Shown one piece after another: positions 27,000-39,253 of a stretch of 64,000 nucleotides of DNA. The notes under the pieces are model-generated. The model saw nothing but the letters and a program-made list of their open reading frames with translations, searched no databases and was not told the DNA's origin. Location: NCBI RefSeq assembly GCF_902459465.1, contig NW_022985717.1, forward strand, positions 62,001 to 126,000, written 5' to 3'. The stretch's first letter is position 1. Each line of letters begins with the position of its first letter. The position numbers and the translations under genes were made by a program. This stretch comes from Asterias rubens (Eukaryota).

Positions 27000-28055
27000 T
27001 GGCCCATACTGAAATAGTTATTATGTCTATTTACCAATGTGTAAGTGATTTGAGGCATTTCATAGTGAGTTATCATTAATTATCAATGTGTGTTTGTGGT
27101 AGCATCATTTGTATTAATAATCTACTTTGCTGTGTGTAGATTTGTTCTTTGAGAACTTGTCACGCTATTAATACTACTGTGAGTAGAGTTTGGAATTCAA
27201 GAGCCGACTTGATTTTGAAAATATCTGTCCTGCTTGATACTATACAGGTAGGTCATGGCATAATCATGGCAATGGGAGACTTTCTGGGACGATAGAGGGC
27301 AGCAGACTTACCGGGTAAATCCATTGTTCTCAGAATTATGCGCATGTTCAGAACTACGTAAACAATGGAAATTTACCCGGTATGTCTGCTGCCCTCTATG
27401 TCTTCTTATGACTAACATTTTGTTCCTCTTACAATACTTTGTTGAGTCATGCCAATGTCTATTTTCAGCACCAAATTTAAACAACAAGCATTGTGTTTTG
27501 TATGAAGGAAAACAAGGAACTTTTCTCTTATATCAATGTATGAAAATATTGTTTGAGCTGATCAAGGTCCTCTTTTCTTTTTGGAACACCAAAATAAATG
27601 TAACACTAAAGTAAATGGATAAGTTATAGTCAAACGTCTGAGTTTTAGATGGCGTATGTTCATGTCAGTTAAAATATTAATTCAACAAAATTCAAATTCG
27701 CTAGTCAGGAAAGGTTACTATGCCCAACTGAATTGTTTGTTTGATTTATATGTAACTATAGATCTCGGTCACGGATGACGATATTAATCAGGTTGGGTAT
27801 ACATTATTTTCTACAGAAGCAAACACTTGGTAAGCATTATCAAGATTTATGTTTATCTTGGCACCACAATTTGAACACGATCAAAGTTAAGATAGCTCCA
27901 AGTTTATTTTTTAAGAAGTAAAAAGAGGAACTCTTCCTGAGTTTATTAAAATGTAAGTGTTGTTTCACTGATATGGATCACAATAATAACTATAAATTGT
28001 GCGAATTGTAAGTTAGTTGCGCGTGAGAAAGTGTTTTGCGCACTTTGGAATCTGA

Positions 28056-28062
28056 TATAAAA
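28056..28062 (+). promoter_or_regulatory. Putative TATA box of the truncated Ig gene
   Basis: TATAAAA lies ~130 nt upstream of the ATG at 28189; motif and position only. Confidence 0.3.
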
Positions 28063-28188
28063 AAGCTGGAAGCATCACTTCTCTTCTAAACGAGTTCATT
28101 TTACAACTCCACAAGGATCGTTCCCAACTCATCCCGCAGAGTGCTATCAGCTTCAAGCCTGGAGTCTTGCTTCCCTATCTACAACACT

Positions 28189-28566
28189 ATGGCGACCATG
28201 GATCGAGGGTGTTGTTGCATACAGCTGCTATTCCTGTGTATTTGGCTTGGTTTATTTCCAACCTTTTGCATCAGTGTGAATGAATTGACTGTTGAAGTAC
28301 AATTATTATCACCAACTGGTGATGTAGAGGAGGATGACACAGTGAGATTACAATGTAATGCTACTGGTATGCGGTTTGGTTATGAACTGGAGTGGTGGGC
28401 ATATTACAGCGGTAGTATGACACAAATAACAAGAAATGATGAGTGCATCGTTTATCTCAATCGCATAGTACATCTCCATCCTCAAATCAAAATCCCAGTC
28501 ATCTATACCCAGATTGCTCATACCCATGTCCAACCAGCCCCACCCCAAGAAAACAATCACCTATAG
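28189..28566 (+). pseudogene. Truncated secreted/membrane Ig-superfamily gene fragment (signal peptide + first half of an Ig domain)
   Basis: MATMDRGCCCIQLLFLCIWLGLFPTFCIS|VNELTVEVQLLSPTGDVEEDDTVRLQCNATG...ELEWW..QITRND contains a hydrophobic leader, the B-strand Cys and the C-strand Trp. The frame runs into a 98-bp tandem repeat and stops, and no DxGxYxC motif was found. Confidence 0.55.
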
Positions 28567-28800
28567 TACATCTCCATCCTCAAATCAAAATCCCAGTCAT
28601 CTATACCCAGATTGCTCATACCCATGTCCAACCAGCCCCACCCCAAGAAAACAATCACCTATAGTACATCTCCATCCTCAAATCAAAATCCCAGTCATCT
28701 ATACCCAGATTGCCCATACCCATATCTAACAAGCCACACCCCCAGCGGATAATCACTAGTCCATCTCCCCTAACCCTCAAATCGAAATCCCAATCTCTGG
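28465..28800. repeat. Tandem repeat, 98-bp unit, ~3 copies plus degenerate tail
   Basis: CATCTCCATCCTCAAATCAAAATCCCAG starts at 28471, 28569 and 28667. Confidence 0.92.
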
Positions 28801-29627
28801 TCGAGAAAGAACCAAAGTGCAGATACTTTCAGTTTATCTCTCCTTCAGAGATAGAAGGTTCTACCAATATTGAATTTATATGCGGCTAAAAAGAAGGATA
28901 AAAGGAATCAACATAATTAATTATACAAATATATTTGTCCAGTTTGTTTTCCAGTTGACATTGGTCACCTTTCTATTTCCCTTTTATTATTATTTTCTGA
29001 AATAGATTGAAACTGTTGGCTCACTACAACTGATAATTTTCAAGCACAAAAGAAAATAAAACCCATAAAAACAACAACTCAAGAAACAATTTTACAAACA
29101 GAAAACAATAACTGTTGAAAAATCCCAGCTTAGCAAATTCATACTTTTCTAGGTTTAGCAAGTTTTTGTGCTCACAAGCTTTATCCAATTGAGCCCATGG
29201 ATACTAGTCACAAACTGTACCATGTTAATTACATGTGGGTTTTTTTGACAGGTAACCTAATTCTGGTTAGCATATTTTATTTTGCTTAGCATTATACAAC
29301 TCTATGAAATTGAGCCCTCTCACCGCGAGAGGGCGCGGGCCAAAATATTGTGACATCAAAACAAGGCCGGAAGAGCTGCCTGGCACGCCTGCTCCCAATC
29401 TCGAGATTGCGCTGTTCAATCTCGCTGTTGCGCTAATTGAGCTATATGTTTAGTAAAAACTCTCGATGCTATCACCAAGATTGAGCAAATGTAGAGAATG
29501 CGCTCGAATGTAACTTCAAACAGAACCACGTACGCACGCGAGTCGACAAGGTCAATACGACGTGTGGACTGGAACTTGGAAGAATGTGATTTCCCGGTAG
29601 TTTTAGCATGATGCAATTCGACGGATA

Positions 29628-32600
29628 ATGTCTGCTCAAACATTTGTGAGGTATGTATGTTCTCTAGGATAGTATTCTATGTTCTCTCATTCATGTTGTG
29701 GACAAATTACCGTATCCTGTAGCAATTTTGCATTCTTTTTCGTCAGCAGGTCAGTCACTCAGTGCGCTTTTCTAGACCCAGTGTCAGTGACTGGGGCGCT
29801 AGTTCCTTTTTTGAAATGTCGACATTATCGGTCATCTAGATGACCATGGAGCAATGACCGATAATGTCAAAATTTCAGTAGAATCATTAAAACATGGCGG
29901 CGCCCAATATCATGTCACGTTAAATGTAATTTTTGTACACGTTTTTTTGGACCAATTTTCAAATCATCACATCTGGATGAAGTCATCATTTAGTATAGTA
30001 AGGCCTGTGGTGATGTGCATAGTAATTCCACAAATGTAAGGAATAAAATGAGGTATGTTGGAGTAGTATTGGACTTTTTTAAATGGGAGAAATTTGCATT
30101 CAAACTACCTCGCATTTTGCGACCTTTGAAAACTTAGCGTTTAAGACATGTATCGAAGGTGGGCTGTAATATGGTGACACTCCAGTGATGAGACCGATGT
30201 TAAAAGCGGAGCCAATAACAGCTCAACAAGGTGGGCTATATAGATTCTAGGTAGAAGTACTTTGTGGGATGGAGCAAGATACGGAATGTAATATGGTATC
30301 TAATTTACCTCAATGAGATATCTAGTTGCGATAATCGTAACCCTCCATCCTCCCGACGGTCGGAGACCGGAGGGTTACGACACAAGACTGATATTATCGG
30401 TGTAACTAGCAGTTTTGACCAGTTTTTGCCAGACTCGTGATCAGATTCGTCCTTTTTTTCCACTTTCCAAAATCATGACAGACATTCTAAACACATGGAG
30501 TTGATCTTTATTGTATGACAACGTCATCTGGAACCCTTAAAACTACATCATGAAAATATTTGGCAGAAAAAACGACAAAAACTTACCAAAAGACTGACCG
30601 AATATATCCATAATCCATAGCGGGACCAACTAGTGATTTTGATGTCGCACTTGCTTGGCAACAACCAATCAGCGTGACCCAACCATCGATGTCGTATGCG
30701 TATCGGCCATTCCAGCTTGCAAACTCACCGCACTGTGTGTGTAAGCACCGATCCCCCGCACCGAGTGCGCAGCATGCAGGCATGTACATGTACATGTATT
30801 GTGTACACTTGCACACACACACACAACGTCAGGGTTTGTTTGGCCATGTGGGGGTATGGAGCAGCACACGGTACTTACGAGCTGTATAGTTTGTGCACGC
30901 ACGATGTTCATACAGTACATGTACATGTACATGTACATGCCTGCATGCTGCGCACTCGGTGCGGGGGATCAGTGCTTACACACACAGGCGGTGAGTTTGC
31001 AAGCTGGAATGGCCGATACGCATACGACATCGATGGTTGGGTCACGCTGATTGGTTGTTGCCAAGCAAGTGCGACGTTCAAAATCACTAGTTGGTCCCGC
31101 TATGGATTATGGATATATTCGGTCAGTCTTTTGGTAAGTTTTTGTCGTTTTTTCTGCCAAATATTTTCATGATGTTGTTTTAAGGGTTCCAGATGACGTT
31201 GTCATACAATAAAGATCAACTCCATGTGTTTAGAATGTCTGTCATGATTTTGGAAAGTGGAAAAAAAGGACGAATCTGATCACGAGTCTGGCAAAAACTG
31301 GTCAAAACTGCTAGTTACACCGATAATATCAGTCTTGTGTCGTAACCCTCCGGTCTCCGACCGTAGGGAGGATGGAGGGTTACGATTATCGCAACTATGA
31401 GATATCCCTTTTTGTTAAAATGAGTGAAATAGTGGTGGTGGCAGCAGGATATGGAAAGTTATAATTTACCAAAAAGGTAACATCTTTGATGCCAAACAAT
31501 GAAAACGTGCAATGATAGGCTTGTTGATATATAATTGTCGTTTTCTTTTCCATACCATTCAATAGGTGTATGCTAGGTCTACTTACACCAATGCTGTTTG
31601 TGTTATTGCCGTTCCTCCCCCTGGGGATCTTACTCTTCTACTTCTTGAGGCGGAGAGTCCAGCACCAAGGGAGACTCCAGTTTGGCCACCTGAGGGAGCC
31701 AGGCAGTGATGGACAACAGCCAATTGTGGTGGGTTTTTTCCATCCGTACTGTAATGCCGGAGGTGGTGGCGAGAGGGTTTTATGGTGTGCTATTGCTGCT
31801 CTGCAAGACAGGTATTAAACATTGACAAATCTCTCCCAACCCTAGGTGATGAGCTCCAACCAGGGCCCAATTTCATTGAGCTGCATTTAAGCAAGAATAT
31901 TGCTAATCAGAAATGAGCAGGATATCAGTCATAAACTGTACCTGTAACTACATGGTAGCTCAGCTGGTAACCTTATTCTGGTAAGCAACATTTTGTTGTG
32001 CTCAGCTACTTTTTGTGCTTTAAAACAGCTCCATGGAATTGGGTCCAGGGCCAAACTCACAGAGCTGCTTTTAAAAGCAAAAAACATTGCTTTTAAAAAC
32101 ATTTTGTGCTAAACAGAGTTGAGCAGGACACCAGCCAGTCACAAATTGTACACGCTACATGTTTTGGGTTGTAACTTATTCTGGTAAGCAAAAATTCTGT
32201 TTGCACTTTGATACTTTTTCTGCTTTGAAAGCAGCTCTGTAATATTGGGCCCTGTTTAGCATGCGGCATGCCTGATTTGATGTTTCTTCCCTGAATGAAG
32301 GAACCACAAGCTTTAAAAAAATATTTGAACCTGTACTTACAAGCACTGGACACTATGGGTAACTACTTAAAGTAAATTTTAGCATTAAAACTTACTTGGT
32401 CTTGACTATGGAGAGCTTTTGAAAGTTTAAAACATAGTGAGAAACGTCTCCCTCTGAAGTAAGAAAGTTTTGAGAAAGAGGTAATTTCTCACTCACATAT
32501 AAATAAACTTCAGACCTGAAGCCTTATATAGACATCTGAAAGCAATTCAATTCACCTTATTGTGAAAATTGTGCTGAACCCAGGGGGGTGATGGACAAAA

Positions 32601-35596
32601 CTATAATGAGTTATACACAGGACATACTAAGCATTGTCCAGATAGGTTTTTAAAACAATAGGTCTTACAATCTTTGTTAACCTAGTTTACTTAAAAAAAA
32701 TATTTAAAAAATGTAATTTTTGATGAAGGGATTAATTTTTGTTTTGAAATTCAGCATTAGGATATTGAAATTGTATACTGTTTACTTTTTAAAACACTAC
32801 ATCAATCTGTGTGGCTTGGCTTGGCTTGTCCCTTTCATCGCATGAAAAAGTAGTTGTTGCTACGAAAGCATATTTTTTTAATGTAATTAGGGTGTTGTAG
32901 GGTGTCGTGGCCGAGCGGATAAGAGTACTGAACTGAAGCTGTGGGGCTTCTGTTCAGCAGAGCACGGTCGTGACTCGTGTCCCTGAGCAAGACACTTGAC
33001 TAGAATTGCGTCTCTCCACCCTGGGGCAAATGGGTACCTGTGAGTGCAGAGATGGTTCTTGTGATTGATTAAGCCGAGTAACGCATATTTGTTGCACACG
33101 GCTGTATACTCCACAGGGAGCTGAGATGGTTTAAAGAATGTCTTAAATGGCCCAGTGACCAGGGGTGATAATGTTGGAAGCACTTTGAGACGCCCTTTTT
33201 AGGTGTGAAAAGCGCTTTATAAAACCTGATAATTATTATTATTAACTAGTCATTCTTACCAACCTTCTGAAATTAACTGCAATTGTTAACACATTAATTT
33301 GACTTTTCTTCTAGATATTCCTTTGTGAAGTGTGTGGTGTATACCGGTGACAGTGACATAAGAGGTGAAGAAATTATACAAAAAGCAAAGCAACGCTTCA
33401 ACATCAGCATCACTAAACCTGTGGAATTTGTGTTCCTGAAAAAGCGCCACCTTGTTGAGGCATCGACATACCCCTACTTCACTCTTCTTGGGCAGAGCCT
33501 CGGGTCTATGATACTTGGATGGGAAGCTTTAATGAACTGTGTACCTGATGTATACATTGACTCCATGGGTTATGCCTTTACATTGCCGCTCTTCAAGTAT
33601 CTCGGTCTATGTAAGGTTGGCTGTTATGTTCACTATCCCACCATCAGCACTGATATGCTGACCAGGGTGACCCAGCGCACAGCCACGTACAACAACCCAG
33701 GTTTTGTTGCCAGAAGTCGTGTCCTTAGTTTCTTGAAGGTGATCTACTACCATATGTTTGCATACCTATATGGAATTATGGGCGCACGCAGTGATGCCGT
33801 GATGGTCAACTCATCATGGACAAACGGTCACATCCAATGCATCTGGAAGATACCAGCTCTAACAAGCATAGTGTATCCACCCTGTGATACAGACGCCTTC
33901 CTAAAAAAACCTTTGGTCTCAAAAGCTGGAAAGAAGAAACAGGTGATTGTTTCCATAGCTCAGTTCCGTCCTGAGAAAAACCACCCATTACAAGTAGAAG
34001 CATTCTTTGAGCTCTTAAAACGGCTCCCGATGGAAGAGAGGCAAAATTTGAAACTTGAACTCATTGGGAGCTGTCGGAATAAAGATGATTCAGACCGTGT
34101 GGATGCGTTGCGGGAACTTTGCGAGGACCACAAAATACGCGCCAATGTGGACTTTTTGCTGAACATCTCATTCGAAGATCTCAAAGAGCACTTGTCTGCT
34201 GCCACCATTGGGCTACATACCATGTGGAATGAACACTTTGGCATTGGTAGGTATTGTCGTTGCAAAGAAACCAATGATTGCTGGGGTCGGTTTACAAAGA
34301 ACTTGGGACTAGTCCTTGGAGATATTAAAAACTTAAAGACAGTGGACACTATTGGTAATTGTCAAAGACTAGTCTTCTCACTTGCTGTATCTCAACATAC
34401 GCATAAAATAACAAACGTATGAAAATTTGAGCTCAGTCGGTCATCGAAGTTGCGAGATAATAATGGAAGCACCCTTGTCACACGGAGTTGTGTGCTTTTC
34501 AGATGCTTGATTTCGAGACCGCAAATTCTAAATCTGAGGTCTCGAAATCAAATTCGTGGAAAATTACTTCTTTCGCGAAAACTACTCCACTTCAGGGGGA
34601 GCCGTTTCTCGCAATGTTTTATACTACCAACCTCTCCCCATTACTTGTTACCAAGTAAGGTTTTATGCTAACAATTATTTTGAGTAATTAACAGTGTCCA
34701 CTGCCTTTAAGGCTAGTCCTAAGTTAGGAGGAGAAACTTGTCCTAACTCGAGATAAGACTAGTCTTAACTCCATGTGAAATCCACCCTTGGGGCCTTTCT
34801 CAGATCCGGATTAGGCTCCAGGCTCTGTCTGCTGATGTTCAAACTACCGCGTGCAATACGCAGGCTGCGTTTCCAATGTGTAACGCAGCGCGGGGGGCCT
34901 AAGTATAAGCCAGAGCCCAAGCCAAGGTTTGAGAAAGGCCCCCTAGTCTATCAAAATTTTTTATTTTCCACCTCCATATTTATTTTGACCGAATAAAGCG
35001 TGTACACCCCATTGTCAGCGAAAAGAAGATGAGTGTGCCTTCTTCGAATCTCTATGGGTCTGTACCATTGTCTCAATTCATTGAAAACAATTCTTGTTGT
35101 TGTTCTGAGTCAAGAGAAGCCATATCAAAATGTAGGTGAAGAAGTGTAAATAAGTCTCAGAGTGATATGGAGAAGCAGGGCCACAACACCACAGGGCTTT
35201 TGTCTCGGAAGAATCTGGGGCAAATGTTTGGTTTATAACTAGGATACGGTCGTAGCAACACAAATTCAGCTTATTTGACATGGATAGCAAACAAAGCCAT
35301 ATTTTCTAATTGTTTTCTGTACAGGTGTGGTTGAGTGCATGGCAGCAGGTACAGTTATCGTGGCACACAACTCAGGAGGACCAATGATGGACATTGTCAT
35401 TGACTCTGATGGCAAACCCACGGGGTTCCTTGCTGACGATGTGATGAGCTACGCTGATGCCTTTGAAAAGATCCTTAGAATGAGTGACGAGGAGCAGATG
35501 GAGATCCAAAGGAATGCTAGAGCTTCGGTCGGGCGTTTCTCCGAGGAGGAATTCAAGAGAGGTTTTATTGATGCTACCGAAATTCTTATTAAATAA
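29628..35596 (+). CDS. ALG11: GDP-Man:Man3GlcNAc2-PP-Dol alpha-1,2-mannosyltransferase, 490 aa; exons 29628-29650, 31566-31811, 33315-34246, 35325-35596
   Basis: MSAQTFVR|CMLGLL...[21 protein letters not shown]...R|Y...[13 protein letters not shown]...[12 protein letters not shown]...AQFRPEKNH...[12 protein letters not shown]|[17 protein letters not shown]. All GT-AG, phases are consistent and the total is 1473 nt. The short exon 1 has a phase-2 intron like vertebrate ALG11. Confidence 0.96.
30323..31397. mobile_element. 1075-bp foldback element (476-bp arms, 123-bp spacer), TAG...CTA termini, 9-bp TSD; AcademH-like non-autonomous
   Basis: Arms 30323-30798 and 30922-31397 are near-perfect reverse complements. 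TGAGATATC is duplicated at 30314-30322 and 31398-31406. The uninterrupted host-MITE sequence is visible at 7500-7530. Confidence 0.85.
32899..33243 (+). mobile_element. tRNA-derived SINE in ALG11 intron 2
   Basis: A-box-like head GTGGCCGAGCGG, central CCTGAGCAAGACACTT motif, and an AAGCGCTTTATAAAA...(ATT)n tail. Confidence 0.65.
34337..34706. mobile_element. Kolobok-type family A MITE nested in another TIR element, ALG11 intron 3
   Basis: TTAA on both sides. The flanking halves (TTTACAAAGAACTTGGGACTAGTCC / GACTAGTCTTAACTCCATGTGAAAT) belong to a host MITE family also seen at ~3830-3900 and ~26020-26135. Confidence 0.72.
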
Positions 35597-35619
35597 AGTT
35601 AAATGGTTACATCAATCTT

Positions 35620-35937
35620 GGTGGTTACATTATTCAGTCCCCTGACGATGACTAGAGCAAGCTAGTCGAAACGTTGCGACCAGTTTAAGAACTGACTCCG
35701 CGGTAGTGCAGTTAATCACAATCCTATAAGCTAAAGTAGTAGTCCCAGCCTATTTTCTATACCATCCGCCCGGGTAATAGTTAAAAAGCAGGAGAGTTCT
35801 TTTCAGAACTGAGAAGTCTCCCGAACCCCTGAACATCTACTCTGCGGTAGTAGAATAGAGCAAGAAGACAGTTCTCTAAGAACAAACTCTACCTGGCAAG
35901 TAGATACACGGTAGTGTTACGGCAAACCAAATATATA
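35620..35937 (+). mobile_element. Penelope-like pLTR fragment with 13-bp TSD, carrying a hammerhead motif
   Basis: TTACATCAATCTT at 35607-35619 and 35938-35950. The same family occurs at ~3895-4070, 57118-57345 and 59715-60110, the last two as inverted partial pairs typical of PLEs. Confidence 0.65.
35637..35680 (+). ncRNA. Minimal type-I hammerhead ribozyme motif (PLE-type)
   Basis: GTCCC-CTGACGA-T-GACTAG-AGCAAG-CTAGTC-GAAAC-GTT-GCGAC: catalytic core, 6-bp stem II, palindromic ACGT stem III, and stem I with 4/5 pairs. Confidence 0.6.
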
Positions 35938-36008
35938 TTACATCAATCTTATTGTAAAATTTTGATCAGCTACGAAGTTGAGAAAGTTTGAGGAATGTCT
36001 TTGTTTAA

Positions 36009-36391
36009 AAGCAGTGGACACTATTGGTAATTGTCAAAGACTAGCCTTCACAGTTGGTGTATCTCAACATATGCATAAAATAACAAACCTGTGAAAATTT
36101 GAGCTCAATCGGTCATCGAACTTGGGAGATAATAATAAAAGAAAAAACCACCCATTTGTCACGCGAAGTTGTGTGCGTTTAGATATGGTTGATTTCGAGA
36201 CTTCAAGTTCTAAACCTGAGGTCTCGAAATCAAATTCGTGGAAAATTACTTCTTTCTCGAAAACTATGTCACTTCAGAGGGAGCCGTTTCTCACAATGTT
36301 TTATACTGTCAACCTCTCCCAATTACTCGTCACCAAGAAAGGTTTTATGCTAATAAATATTTTGAGTAATTACCAATAGTGTCCACTGCCT
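36009..36391. mobile_element. Kolobok-type family A MITE
   Basis: TTAA|AAGCAGTGGACACTATTGG...CCAATAGTGTCCACTGCCT|TTAT. Confidence 0.72.
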
Positions 36392-37847
36392 TTATACGGC
36401 GAGAACTGTACACAACGCTCTAATTTGTGCAGTCAAATTATTTCTGACTCCACAAAATGGTCAACCATTTTAGTTCGCTAAGTGAAAGGAACATCCACAT
36501 TTAATTAGGTGACAGCGAGTACACAATTCCATCTGCACTTGTAGCCATAGCATTCATGAACGGATACCACAGAAATTTTCATTAAACCCTAAGAAATCTT
36601 GGAATCAATTCATGCATGAATCGATTCTCAGTTTCAAATGTTTTGTGTGAGCAATTTTAATGTGAAGGAAATTCTATCTCAAACACTTTTCAGTGCTTCT
36701 TACCAAATAAGTTTTTATGTTTTAGAGTATTAACTAATCTCAGAACCTACCTTTAATCAAGGGGAGAGTTCAATATACTTGATTTGAAGGAACATGGGAA
36801 TCAGAAGGCATTTTGTAGATTAATAATGATAAGTATGTATCAGTTATAAAGATAGTACAATATTTTATCATTTTGTCAAAAGATTGATATTATAAACAAA
36901 AATATGAGAATCTTTAAAGGAAATTTATTTTTATAAATTCATCTCCAACTCACAGTTTCTGACTTTTAAAATGGATAAGTATTTTTTGTTATTTTGAAAA
37001 AGTATTTGTTCACAATATTTTAGGCAAAAATTGTTGAATTTACTTTCCTCTATATGTAGTTCAGATATATCAAGGTTTTACGACACCAATTCTCTACAGG
37101 TAGCACATTCTATAGAGAGATTGTTTCTTTTGTGGCCTCTTTTCCTGATATGGACCATTTCAAAACCCAAAATTTACTGACATTATCATTGACAAGATAA
37201 TTAAGAAAACAGCAAAATTAAAAGATAAAGTACAAAAACAGTAGTGTTCAGTGTCTTTAGAGTACATGTAAAGTATGCTTTTTATATGTAAAGTAGCAAT
37301 TAAAACCAAGAAAGAATGAGATATTTTAAAACGTTCAAAAAAATGACATGCAATAGGGTTTTGTATAAAACCTGAAAACCATTCTGGGGGGGGGGAGGGC
37401 GTGGCAAGGCCATTTTTATTTTGAAGTGGGTACTTTCATTGGAAAATTCTATGGGAAACTTTTTAAAGACACCAGGGCAACAGTGGCCTCCGTGAAATTC
37501 CAGGCATATGTATCACCCTGGTTACAAAACTATTATCGCCAATGCCCCATTTCCAACATTTTAAAAGGCAATGACTTAAAATGTTTATCAAATTGTGCTT
37601 GTACACAAAATCAATATTATTTAATATTTCACTGGAACACCTTTATTTTATAATGTTTAAACCATATTGCTACTTGTAACATCTTGAAGAAGGAATTAAA
37701 ACAAACAAAAACAACCATGCATTTCATTGTGGTTCTTAATAATTGTTTCTGTCGCGACAAATTCATTTCATTTCGGGGGGAGTTTTGTAATTATTGATAA
37801 AATTATTACTCAAATGTTGCTATAATGAAGGATTTTAGTTTTATTGC

Positions 37848-38211
37848 GGACACTTTCGGAACAGAAAAAAAAATAAAAGTTCACAGATTTACAAATAACT
37901 TACAGGGTTTATAGAAGGTAATGGTGAAAGACTTCTCTTGAAATATTGTTCCATGAATTGCTTTACTTTTTGAGAAAACATTAAAACAATTATCAATTCT
38001 CAATAACGAGATTTACGGATTTATTTTGAACAAATGTCCATGACACGGCGAAACGTGCGGATACAAGGTATGGGTTTTCCTGTTATTTTCTCCCGACTCC
38101 GATGACCGATTAAGCGTAAATTTTCACAGGTTTATTATTTTATATAAAAGTTGTGATACACGAAGTGTGGGTCTCTTGGACAATACTGTTTACCGAAAGT
38201 GTCCAATGGCT
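37848..38211. mobile_element. Kolobok-type MITE, family C (GGACACTTTCGG)
   Basis: GGACACTTTCGG ... CCGAAAGTGTCCAATGGCT|TTAA; left end eroded. Confidence 0.55.
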
Positions 38212-39253
38212 TTAAAGTCACATTATACTGTGTCCTTCGCTAATTATTGTTGCAACTGGTTTCTAAACTGCCTGTCCCAGGGAGTTCTGTCCACCACTGG
38301 GAAGTTAACCTGGGCTGAGGAGGATGATTTTAAAAAGGTGCTATCAGAAGAAGTTTGTACATAGTTTTGCCATATGGGTGGACCGAATCACCGGGGGACA
38401 GAATCTCCTTCCACACCTGCCCAAATGATGGTAGTCCTATAGACCATAAGGGGCACTAGTTAATTATAGAGAAATAATTTCTGTTAAAAAATTACCAGTA
38501 AGGTGACTTACATCAATACAAACTTTTTTCATTATCTTGCAAAACCAAAAAAGCTTTTAATTTAATATTGAAATTAAATACAAGATGTTTTAAAAGTCAA
38601 TGACAATAGCAAATCACATGAAGGTGTTTTCCTCATACCCGGTAGAGGAAAACAGCAATAAGGGAAAGTTTACTATTCTTTACTTCAAATGGATAGAAGC
38701 ATTATTAGTATTTTCATCAATTATAATCATTATGTAATCATGAGTTTGGGCTTTATATTTGTTTTAGCGTACACCATGGAGCTTATGGTGTACACGAAGA
38801 AGTTTGTCGTCTACTAATATGAAATAGCGCCCTCTCGCGCAAATAATAGTAAACGTTTTTAGCTCTCTAAAGTAAAACAAACAAAAGTAGACATGAAACA
38901 GACGTAGACAATAGAAAAGAAAGGACACGGACGTTCGTTGCCGGATCCCCCACTTCGATCTGTTGAGTCAACTTTTTCCCAACAATTGTTCACTTCTTAT
39001 TCACAAAAACTCAAGAACACGCTATTAATTTGTTGATCGGCTATCGTTTAACACTTGATTGTACGAAAGGAATATAGGAATCTCCGAATATAGCTGGAAT
39101 ATGATTTGCGCGAGTTGAGATTGCGCTTGGCTTGTGCAAACTGTGTGTGTGGGAATTCAACGTAAATTCAAGATGGCGATGCACAGCAGAAAGTGATTTT
39201 TTTAGTCGGTGTCTCTTTTCGCTCCGTCTGGAATGTCATTAAAAGCTGAAAAT

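Noticed and set aside
30583-31172. Mirror-image ORFs on both strands
   Set aside because: A by-product of the 476-bp palindrome and the ACATGT microsatellite.
33325-34422. 365-aa ORF as a standalone gene
   Set aside because: It is ALG11 exon 3 (33315-34246) reading through the donor into intron and MITE sequence.
36122-36379. Recurrent ~70-97 aa ORFs (e.g. 34450-34671, 46214-46516, 47451-47705, 48135-48388, 52787-53059, 55047-55255)
   Set aside because: These are chance frames within the family A MITE. Frames and starts vary between copies and there is no recognisable domain.
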